Shown piece after piece: positions 21,510-33,500 of a stretch of 49,268 nucleotides of DNA. The notes beneath the pieces were generated by a model. That model did no database searches. It was not told the origin of the DNA and saw only the letters and a list, made by a program, of their open reading frames with translations. The DNA is from Heptranchias perlo (Eukaryota), in NCBI RefSeq assembly GCF_035084215.1, contig NC_090370.1, positions 7,378,001 through 7,427,268 of the forward strand, in the 5' to 3' direction. A program made the translations under genes and the position numbers. Numbering within the stretch: the first letter of the stretch is position 1; each line of letters starts with the position of its first letter.

Positions 21510-24500
21510 GTAAAAATAACGTTAGTTTAAAATTTATAAGTAACAAAAAATATTAAACTAAAATACAAAGTGTGGTTAAACTGTAACAAGATATTTAACT
21601 GTGAAATATGAAGTATTATCAAACAAAGTAAACTAACTGAAGTGTTATGTTAAACTATAAAATTATTTAAGTATATAATATGACATATTATCAGTCTGGA
21701 AGCTCCGGTTTAAACGGGTTATAGTTGATCCCTTCAAACATTTCAGATTGTTCTATATATAAAAGTAAACTGGAGACCTGCCGAATGAGCTCGCCTGGGG
21801 GCAAATTGCACTGAACCGTGACCAGCCCCACCAGTCTCCTGTCGGTGACTTTGAAGGTGCAGGTAGCGCACTTTGTAATAAAACATCAAATCCACAGATT
21901 GGAATGAAAAACAAAGTACTATTTCCGTCCTAGATTTGAGTCCGATTGTCTTATTTAATTCTCCTTTCCAAACTGCCCGTTACTTTGCTAAATGTGAAAG
22001 TTCACATTTAGAGATGAGTGTGAAATTAATATAATAAAAGGGGGAACCCCCCCTTAGATTAGATCCATTCCTTGTGAAATGTAATCAATTTTTTAGTTTG
22101 GCCATTTCACCTTTTACCGATTTGCATTTGGGTCTTAAGGGCGTTTTAAAGTCTCATTCCCTGAGTAACATTTGAAATCTGAAGCATATATTTTCTTTTT
22201 TATAGTGTTAAATGAGACTTTGTACTTTTTACTCTGAATTCACAAGCTTTCGGAGGCTACCTCCTTCCTCAGGTGAACGATGAGGAAGGAGGTAGCCTCC
22301 GAAAGCTTGTGAATTTAAAATAAAATTGCTGGACTATAACTTGGTGTTGTAAAATTGTTTACAATTGTCAACCCCAGTCCATCACTGGCATCTCCACATC
22401 ATGACTTTTTACTCTGAGTCGAGGTTTTTAACAATTTCTTGCTGCTTGATATTTAAATATGGGTTGTCTGTATCTTTTATCTGTAAATGAGCAGTTTGTG
22501 ACTAAGTGTCACTTGTTCTGCATTGGCACTGACCTAGACTATGGAGACCTGTAATTTTTTTACTCCACTCACCCTACCTGCAAACAGGTGCATGAAAAAT
22601 ATTAAAACATCTATATTTGATATGTTCTATTTTGGGGAATAAAGCTCCTGTGTACTGTAAATGTGTTTAAAACTCTGGTGACAGTGCAGTTCTAACCCCA
22701 AGTGCATTTGCTTGTGTTTCAGGTGCGGATACTGGAGCAACGGAACAAGCAATTGGAAATGCACTGGAAGCTGCTCCAGGAGAAAGGTGTGCGCACTTCC
22801 AATATTGACAACCTGTTCCAGGCTTATTCCAACAACCTCAAACAGCAGGTCGATGCCTTGGCCCAGGAGAAAATCCGCCTGAGTGCCGAGCTCGAAGGCA
22901 TGCAGATGCTGGTGGAAGACTACAAGTCAAAGTATGTGGAGAAGTGTTCAAAAGTGCCTCTGATCGAAGAATTAGAGAGAGGTTGAAATTCCTTTGTGCC
23001 ATTGTGGTCATGATGGCGAGTAGACAATGGCTAATGACTTAGTTGGAATAGAATATACATGAATTTTAGCCAGAGAGAAACAAAAGTTTGACTGCAGATT
23101 TTTCCCATGAAATCATGCGGTGCAATATAAGTAGTGAATGTTTTCCCCATGAAATTCCCCTGGCTGCTATTTTAGCAAAGATGCTAACTGGTTTTTAAAA
23201 TAAATTTAACACTTCCTTTAAAATAGGGAACAAGAGAATTACTTATAAATATGTTAACACACTCATTACTAATATCTTGTAGCATGTGGCTTGGGCACGG
23301 AATCTGCAGTGTAACTGTAGACTGACATAACCCATCTGAGTGCAAATTGATTTCAGGGTCGTCACAGTCACACGATCACTGGGAATTTCCTGAGGGGGGG
23401 TCCTTCCGATTGGTCACTGCAACGTCGGCAAAAACCGCCGTTCACTCGGTGTACCCAGGATTTCTGCCGCAGTTAAGGTGGGCAATCGGGAGAACACTCC
23501 TCCCCGCCGCCAGGAAATTTCCCGTGTAAGTTTCTAATGCTGGTAAAAACCCAACAGGAAAGTCAGCTCTCTATTAACAATAAGCAATTCACCAGCACTC
23601 TGATGCATGTGAGCAGAGCTCTGTGCCCATGTTTCTGTACACCAGCACAGAGCTCAGAGCAGACACAACTGGGGGTGAGGCCGTATACCATGGTGTTCCC
23701 ACTTGCAGGGGCTCTCTGTAGCTAAAACAAAAGCGACAGTTGAGTGAAGCACAAAGACATTTTGTAAAGTAATCTGAGACTCCCTTTTGCTGCAAAACTG
23801 GTTTTGGTAACCAGAAGTCTTGTGTGCCAAGCCAATATCAAATATCAACCATGTTCTTTTTGGCAAAAGAATCAGAGGGGAGAATTTTTTAAAAACTCAG
23901 CAAGTTGTTACAATCTGGAATATACTGTATGAAAGGGTGGTGGAAGCAGATTCAATAATAACTTTCAAAAGGTGAATTGGATATATATTTGAAAAGGAAA
24001 AATTTGCAGGGCTATGGGGAAAGAGCAGGGGAGTGGGACTAATTGGATAACCAATGAAGTATTTTTGAAGTGTAGTCACTGTTGTAGAGTTGGGAAACGT
24101 GGCAGGCAATTTACACTCTGCAAGGTTCCACAAACTCGTGATGTTGGTTGAGGGCTAAATGTTGGCCAGGAATCTCGACGCCTGTTGCTTAAATACACTG
24201 CCCAGCGCCGATTGAAACCGTACAGACCAAAAGGTCCCAGATTCAGTCCTCCGTCTGTGCTGAATTAGCTGATCTCTGCCAGGCTGGTGAGTGAGATACT
24301 ATGCTAAACCTCAGTGCAGCCAAGGTTCCAACCCTGATCTCCATCCAGTGAACACTTTGCTCATGTGGGGTTTAAAGACCAACATGGATTGGTTGGACCC
24401 AATGGCCTGTTGAAATTCTATGTGGGAGTGCCACTCTTATCTCTGGTGTCTTGCCCAAGTGGCTGCTGTTCTTATGTGAGTATTGGCTGACTGTTTGTTT

Positions 24501-27500
24501 GCCTGGGGAGGGACATCAGTGTTGTTTGATCCTGTCCCTGCCCTTTGTGCACAAATGCACTTTACAGTTGGAACCATTGTATGGTAAACAGGTGGAGGAA
24601 CTCTAGTTAATTATTCCTTCCTTAGCCCAGAAGTGCTGAGGTAAATTGCATTACCAGTTCAGCTGGGCAGATAGTAACCTGGGACCTTCCTGGTCTGTTT
24701 TGGCCCAATACCACACCACACAGTCTATAACCATCTTCTATTTTTTTTTTAAATTAAAATGTCACTTAACATTATTCATGCATCGACACTCTTCAACGGA
24801 AGACTGTGCAACCAGCAATTAAAATTAGTTTGAACAGTTCAGCTATATTTCAGTACACCTGTCACTCTGAACCTGTACACCCTGAAAACAGCTTTGAAAT
24901 GAAATCTTTCCCCTTCGATAGGACACTACCACCAAATGCTGGCAGAGCCATTTACTTCAGTATATCTGTAGCCAGTGGCAGACATTAAGTGCTCTAATTC
25001 TTCCTGGGCGTGCACACAGGTTAATGGATTTGCATTCAAATTTCTTTGCTATTTTAATATACTTTAAATGCACCTGCTTAAAACAAATGAGGGCTGATTT
25101 TAACTCCCTCTGCCCTGTGAGGGGAAAAAGGGTGGTAGCAGCCCAAAAATGCTGTCTGGTCACTTATTGCCCCATTTAGGCAGGCACTCTGGCTGCTGCC
25201 ATCTTGGGGAGGGCCCTCAGATGGGCAGCTGAATGCCAATTACCCCTTTAGAATTCCACCAGTAATACCAAACCAAGAGGAAATTTTCACTAACCCATTC
25301 AGTGCCACTACTTGTGACCAGAACAATTCCTACCTGCACATTAGTAGAGTTACATTAATTGCTTTTCCCGGAGCAGTTTGGCCTAGAAAAGAACAGGTTG
25401 CACACTGAAATGAATCAGTCGAATTACTGTTGAAGGCACAAAGTGAGCACCCAGACTCAACGACAAGCTTGCATTTATATAGTGACTTTAATGCAGCGAC
25501 ATGACTCGGTGATGGGGGGGGGGAATAAACTGAACACAAATGGGGGAGTTAGGTGACCAGATGCATGATCGAATCGATTTATGTTTTAAGAACGTGCTTC
25601 AAGACTGTTGGTGGAGAGAGAGAACACAAATTTTAAATAAATGAAAGTATGTGTTGGTGTTTGTTTAATTTTTTTTTGCTTGCCCCCCTCACTTGGATCA
25701 CTGCTGTAGCTCTTTATATTTCAGTCTGGTCTCTCTCTCATCTGTTGCTCATCCTGTCTTGCTGGGCTAGTCTTGCTCATTCCTGACTCTCTGATTGCTT
25801 AAGTTTAAGCTTCCTTTGGCTTCCCTGTTCCCTGGTTGTGGCTGATGTGTAGACCTGTGAGGAATAGAAAGGTAGGATAGAGTACCATCCCCCATTGGCA
25901 CAGAAAAATAACTTTCAGGTCCTCTTGTTCCTTCTCCCTCCCCTTCTGTCTGCCATTGTACTTGTGATTTTTGGGGGGGGGAGGGTGGGAATCCTATTAT
26001 TGTGTGCTTGCCTCCCTCTGCACACCTCTTCAAAAAATCCACCCTTGACTCCTCTGTCCTTGCAAACTACCGTCCCATCTCCAACCTCCCTTTCAAGTCC
26101 TTGACTGTGTTGTCGCCTCCCAAATCACTGCCCATCTTTCTCTCAACTCCATGTTTGAATCCCTCGAATCAGGTTTCCGTACCTGCCACAATACTGAAAC
26201 TGCCCTTATCAAAGTCACAAATGACATCCTATGTGACGATGGTGAACTATCCCTCCTCATCCTTTGACACGGTTGACCACACCATCCTTCTCCAACGACT
26301 CTCCTCTGTCGTCCAGCTGTGGGACTGCCCTCACCTGGTTCCATTCCTATCTGTCTAGTCTTAGCCAGAGAATCACCTGCAATGGCTTCTCTTCCTGCTC
26401 CCACACCATTACCTCTGGAGTCCCCCAAGGATCTATCCTTGGCTCTCTCCTATTTCTCATCCTTGTTTTCAAATCCCTCCATGGCCTCACCCCTCCCTAT
26501 CTCGAACGTCCTCCAGCCCTACAACCCTCCAAGATCTCTGCGCTCCTCCAATTCTTGCCTCTTGCGCATCCCTGATTTTAATCGCTCCACCATTGGCTGC
26601 CGTGCCTTCAGCTGCCTAGGCCCTAAGCTCTGGAATTCGCTCCTTAAAACCTACCTCTTTGACCAAGCTTTCGGTCATCTGTCCTAATACCTCCTTGTGT
26701 GGTTTGATGTGAAATTTTGTTTGATAATTGCTCCTGTGAAGCACCTTGGGACCTTTTACTATGTTAAAGGTGCTATATAAATATAAGTTGTTGTTGCTTA
26801 GCACAGATGACTTTCTATTGCACAGGCCCACTCAGAAGCTGACTTTTTTTGTGTAAAATTGTGGTACTCAGCAGCACATTATGCTCTGAGTAGGTGTTGC
26901 AATTTGCAGGATGTATCATGGGCGAGCTGCCTAACCACTTGCCCTAACCACAGTCCGGAGGGCAGTTCTGGTTCTTATTTAACTATCCTGACGTCACTGA
27001 AGGCACAGAGTGATTGTTTTATTGAAAGAGATGTGTTCTTATCGGCTTCACCCCATCTCTCCCGGGCCATGTTTAAACTACAGTAATTGGCAGACTGGAA
27101 TTCCTCTTTAAGGAAACAAATGCCCAAACTTTATCTCTACCCTCTGATAAAGGAGAGACTGCTCATCAATGTGATTTCCTGTGTGGCCACTCATTAACTG
27201 GTTGGGTAGCTGACATCAGCTTGGTGGCTTTTTTTAATTCATGAAAAGGTGGGTCTCCACAACTATAAGGTAGTTCTTTTCAATTTTTGTCCCTCCTGTC
27301 CCAAAGGCACTGACTTATGCAGAGATATGGCTCCACTAGCACTGGTATCTCATCAATGGCTATTCTTCATAGGCAAGCCTAGACTGAGTGTCAGCAATCT
27401 GTTTAACTATGGGATGGATGGATGGATAGGGGGGAGGGGGGGGGGGGGAGAAGGGACGTCATGGTCAAGCCTCATCTTGTACTCACCAGATGTCTATACA

Positions 27501-30500
27501 CATCTGCATTCTGGCAGGAATAGTGATCAGGAGTGGCAACTGCCCGCCACCTCTCCCTAACCTATGGTACTGAGGTCTATTGTATGATTCCTACCACTGT
27601 CCAGTCAACGTTGGCTAATTTGACGCAGACCAAGGGTTGAAGGCAGGACCTGCTCTGCATGGTGGAGTTTCAAAATGGGCTAGTTGAGTCATCGAGGTGC
27701 TCGAGCTCTTTACAATGACGTTTGCTATTTCTTATCTAGATAGGCCAAATACTTCCGCGTGAACAACCCCTCCCTAAACTTATCTTTTCCTTTTGCTCAA
27801 TAGTTTTAATGATTGATTGCTTTTATTGGTGGAAAGCAAGAACTTTTGATTCCTTGCATGATCTCAGGAACTCTCAAAGCACTTTACAACCAATGAATTA
27901 CTTTGAAGGGCAGTCACTGTTGTTTTGTAGGCAAATGCAGCAGCCAAGTTGCACACAGCAAGGTCTCTCAAAGACCAAGAGATGAATGGTCGGTTAATCT
28001 GTTTGGTGATTTTGGTTGAGTGATCAATGTTGGCCAGGACGCTAGGAGAATGCTCCTGCTCTTCTAAGTGCCATGAGATTTTTTTTTTTTACATTCACTT
28101 GAGCCGGGGCCTTGGTTTAACGTCTCATCCAAAAGACGGCAGCTCTGACAGTGCAGCACTCCCTCAGTACTGCACTGGGCGTGCCAGCCTAGATTTTGTG
28201 CTCAAGTTTCTAGAGTGGGATTTGAACACACTGCCTTCTGACTGAGGTGAGAATGCGAACAGAGCTACGGCTGACACACTATTGAGAAGTATGGTGGAAG
28301 GTTATAGCCCAAAGTACAGGACACCAGCAAGGTTGCACAGAGTGGGGGACAACTCGAAGTAGTGGATTGGATTTGAAAACCCTGCAGCTGGTGAGAGGGC
28401 ATTAACCATCTGTGCATTCATGGGTCATGTTTACACAGGGTTAATGATTACTGGGGTTTATTGGGAAATACTCTGCAGTTGATAACTTGGAAATTCTACC
28501 GACAGCTCTTGCCTGGAATCCTTTATTCTGACTTTTTTTGTTCTGCAGGTATGAAGATGAAATCAATAACCGTACAGAGAGGGAAAATGACTTTGTAATC
28601 ATCAAGAAGGTGGGTTCAAGCTTAAAAGTCAATCCAGTCAAGAAACTACTGGGCATCTCCGCAGGCTCAGTGGGTAATGTACTGTCCAGTATGGAGCTGA
28701 GCTATAAACACTAGGAGGCCCTAGGCCTGATCTTCGGTTTGTGCTGTTAGTTGATCTCTGCGGTCAGGTGCTGCAATGGTACTCAGCATCTCTGTGCTCG
28801 GGGGGAGGTGGAAATCTGATGAGGCTGCCTAGGATGAACACTATCCATTTTTTTTTTCCCCCCCTCCCTCGCCACAGTTGAAAACCTGCTGACGCTCAGG
28901 TGGGATTTCAGCAGGTGGGTGCAGAAAGTGGGGTGGGGTACCTTTACATTGGATCCCCTTCCATTTCTATGGCTATCAGACTTTCCTGGCATCACCTGTG
29001 CTGGTGTCTGATGTGCCTCCCCAAATATGGGCAGTGGTATTTAAATGAGGGGGTAATAATGGTGTGACAATAGATTTCCTGTCATTGCCCCCTCAGATAT
29101 GCTGGACATAACTTGTGCCTCAGCTGCTAGGTGATGGGAAATGTGAAAGAAGCTTAAGTGGACATAGCAGGCACTTTGAGAGTGAGCGAGAGAGAGAATT
29201 TGCATTTTGAGTCAAGGCCACTGTTTGGTGAACAATGGAGTTCTTGCCTGGCCCTTTAAGCTGCTGCAGGCATTGGAGATCCTGCTGCCATTTGCCATAT
29301 TCACCTCCTGCCCCCACTGCCCCGGGGACAAGCTCCCAATTGCTGTCAGCAATACTGCTATGCCAAAACCATTTAAATTAAGCTGACCCCAGAACATTCA
29401 CTGGGGTCAGCACCCAGCTCAGAGCGGGCAGACATGCTGCCATGCCACACTTGTGCCGATGAAGAAAATCTAAGCTTAGACGTAAAGAATGGTCGCTTTG
29501 GCAAGATACTAGAAGTGGCTGGTGATCTGGAACCCAATGAGGCTGAGTTCCTTCAGTGGAAGAGAGGAGAAAGAAAAACAATGGAGACCATTAAAAATTC
29601 CTCCCTTGTGTACCTTGTGCTTATGTCTGTCTGTCTGTCTTTGTCTTGTAGGATGTTGACGAAAGCTATCTCAACAAGGTGGACCTGGAGGCTAAACTTG
29701 AGAGCCTTACTGATGAAATCAATTTCCTGAAGGAAATATTTGATGAGGTAATGAACAAATTGTGTTGTAAGAAACAGAGACTTTCACAAAGAACTCTCTC
29801 TATTTTTAAAACTTCAATTTTGTGATGTGGGCATTGCTGGCAAGGCCGGCATTTGTTGTCAATCCCCGGTTGCCCCTCGAGGATGGCGATACAACTCAGT
29901 GGCTTGCCAGGCCACTTCAGGGGGCAGTTAAGAGTCAACTATATGGCATGGGACTGGAGTCACATTGGCCCAGACCGGGTAAGGACGACAGGTTTCCTTC
30001 CCTAAAGGATGTTAGTGAACCAGTTGGGTTTTTACGTCATGTTTACACAGCTTTTACTGAAGCCAGCTTTTTACTTCCAGGATTTTAAAACTGCCATAGT
30101 GGGATTTGAACTCTCATTTACTGGATTATTAGTCCAGGCAGCTGGATTACTAGTCCAGTAACATAATCGATAAGCTACAGTTCCCATATATTTACTGTTT
30201 TACCAATACTGTGGGTTTCTGAACCACTTTACAAAACATTATGCTCTAAAAATAATTAATTGTGTGTAACATTTCAATATGATAAAATGCTATTTAAATG
30301 GAAGCATTTTTTTTACATACTGGGGAGAACAATTTACTTTCGGGGAGGGGGTGCAGGCTAATGCTTGTGCTTAAGATGAGGCATATTAACACTGAGGAGA
30401 CTAACATTTTCTCCTTTTCGACGTCTGGGGCTGGGATTTTCCTCCGGGTGGAGTGGGGCTCATTTGCAGTGCGTGGTGGGCTCCAGACAGAATTGCTGCT

Positions 30501-33500
30501 GCCAAAAGGGAGCTTGCCAGTGTGAGGACAGCACCAGAAGGTGGCATCAAGGCTGAGGCTTTCAACGGGTAAATACAGGGCCCAACTTGGAGGGAGTGGA
30601 AGCTGGTATTGGGCCCTCTCCCTTCACTAGGGGAACACAGGGCCTTTACTGCCATTTCGAGAGGCTACCACTATCTTCCTCATGGTGGCCCAGGGGATTG
30701 GCGGTAAATGGGGCATACAGGAGGGAAATCCTTTAGGGACCTGGTTCCTGTCTTTTTTTTCCCCCCCGCCCAGGTTTGGATGGTATCGTGGAGTCCTGGC
30801 CCCATGCAAGCACACTGAGAAAATGCAAGTACTGCACAGTAGGTTAGTGAGCATTCGAAGGAGACAGATAGGCCAGGGTTTTGGGTGGGACCCTTGCCCT
30901 GAAGGCTTCCACCACTTGCAGTTTTTCTTTTGATCTCGGGCACTCCCAGGTTAGGTTTGTCGCCATTATCTGAACCCATTGACCAGTGGGTTCCCTCCAA
31001 GTATCCACTATCTTTATCTAATACACTGGCATTGGCCCTCTTAAATAAGGGTGCCTTAATACAGTTTACTGTGCACTCCTGCTATGGTTCCCATTAGCCC
31101 CATTCCCTCCTCAACCAAATGTTTTCACAATAACATAGAAAAAGTAATCCAAAATACAAACTGAGTGTTTTAAATCTAAAATAAATCCTGGCACGTGTGC
31201 AAGGGAATATCTGAAATTCAGATGAGTCTGGGACCAACAGAGTGCAATTCAATAGAACGAATACTGAATGAGTTTGTATGAAATCCCATGCTACTTTAAC
31301 AGAGGCATTGCCTCATTTAAAGTAAACATGTGGCAGTAGGAAGAGACACCAAGGTATGATTTGGTGATGAGGGCCACACAGTAAGGGCCGAGGTGTCACC
31401 TCCAGTGAGTCAATTTTCCATCATAGCTAGGATGTCAATGCAACTATCCACAATAAGGCTGTGGATGTCAAAGGCCTTGTTTGCAAGCAAACGGACATTC
31501 TGGAGGGAAATGTGGAGAGGGCCCATGATTGTTGATCCACTGGTAGTCCCAAGGGGGCAGCAGTGGGTGGGATGAGTGGGATGGAAAGGAGGTTGGCAAG
31601 ATTAGCCCCCCAGTGGACGTACAGGGTGGGAAAGTCAGTGAGAGGAGGTTGGTCCTTGTAAGGTGGCAGTGACAATTGCCTTGATGGGTCCTTTTGGAGA
31701 ATGCTGAGAAGCACAAGAGGGTGGACTTAACTAAGCAGAATTCAAGCCTGGAGAGTAGGAAGGCAAAGGAGTAGTGATAGGTTGGGGTCGAGATTAGGGG
31801 AGGGGAGATGAAAGGTGGCATAACTGGGTAATAGGAAGGCAAGGAGACAGGAGAGAAGAGCCCAAGAGGGGGGGGATTAAAAAAAGATAGAAGTAATGGG
31901 CTGGAGCCTGAAGCGGCAGTCAAAATATGCAAGTAAATGGACACAAAGGGAATTCACGTTATATAGGCATGGCAGAGATTAGGAGAGACATTTCCTCATT
32001 GTAAGGAGACAATATGACAGTCCAAAGATAAAGTCTGAGGGCCCATGGTGGGATGAAGTTGACTTGTAGACCGGGTGAAGCCAGCTGGGAGCATCGACGA
32101 ACCAATGTCCAGGCTCGGAGCCTGTTCTGGACTCAATCGCTCGCCACAAGCTATTCAAGGGGCAGTGTATCAGTGGGCGAACTACTGGAGTGGAAACTGA
32201 GGGCTGAGGAGGAGTGGAGAGTCGACCATGAGCCAGCAGAGGTTGATCCAGGGGAAGGACATTAATGCTGGGGAATGGAAGACTTCCCATTTTGGTCATC
32301 AAGCCCTCCCAGGTCAGGCACAGCACATTTAGATGCAGGGTAAAGCTCTCTACTCTGCCCCAACAGTGTGTTTCAGACCCAGCTATAGAAGAACACCCTG
32401 TACTATAGCACTTTCCACTTCTGACCTTGTGGCCTCTGTGCTCATTAGGGCAAAATTAATGCCTGTTTTATCAAAAGAATTGGCACCATTCAATTTACAA
32501 TACAAATCCATCAACAGAATGTTAGGAACAGGACCGGGAGTAGGCCATTCATCCCCTCAAGCCTGTTCTGCCATTCAATTAGATCATGGCTGATCTGAGA
32601 AATCATTAACTGCTGGTGTTATTTCAACCCATACTACAAGGAAATGTAGGGTACTATACATTAGAGCAGAGAACTTGCAGGCTCACATTCAAATCAAGTT
32701 CTTTTAGTGAGCATTACTAATCCTTTTGTTTAAGTCTAGCTTAAGTGCCAAGACCATATTGATGGCCATGCCTGCTAGGAACTGGTTTGAGACGGTCCAA
32801 ACTCATCAGATGCTGTGTTCAACCTGCTACTGCAGATTACAGTAATCTCTGGACCCCTCACTTATATTGCACTTTTGTAAGATACCCAATGGGTATGAAA
32901 CATTTCCATGTGAACATGTGCTAGAGTAGAGTTTCTCCCAGCATCAAATACCTCCTGTAAACACTAACACTGGTGCACTAGCACCAGCAAAAGTGACCTT
33001 TATAATATTTTCCAGTTAGTCCTGTTGACACAACTCTCACATGGTGTACAATACAAATGTGATCTAGTTTTTTTTTGTTTCTATTTAAAGAGTTGTAACT
33101 GGTAAGCAGGACGCAGGCATTGCTAAACTGAAGTACATCTGTTTATTTTCCCACCCAGGAAATCTATGATCTGCAGGCCCAGATGAAGAACACTGCTATC
33201 ACTCTGGAAGTTGACACTAGCCGCAACCTGGACCTTTCCAGCATCATCAGTGATGTCCGGGCTCAATATGAAGGAATGGTGAACAAAATTCGCCAAGATA
33301 CCGTGATTTCATATGAAACCAAGGTAAGGCTTGGTGTATTCTGTCAAAGGGTAAATAACTCTTGGCGAGCAGACACCAGCGCTCACCAGGTTTGAACGGC
33401 CTCCTTCTATGAGGTCACTTCTAGAATGCTGTGACTAAGAAAAAAGGCAAAAACCTAATCTTAGCATCTTGCATAAACATAAATATTGACGTCCAAAGAG

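Larger units (their letters stand above)
22013..22406. repeat. 394-bp inverted repeat, copy A (partner 33549-33942)
   Basis: The reverse complement matches 33549-33942 end to end; only one mismatch (C/T at a CpG near 22386) was seen by eye. Confidence 0.95.

Noticed and set aside
22237-22315. Hairpin as a pre-miRNA, terminator or CRISPR-like repeat
   Set aside because: Fully explained by an inverted plus forward Penelope pLTR; the context is eukaryotic and there is no repeat-spacer array.
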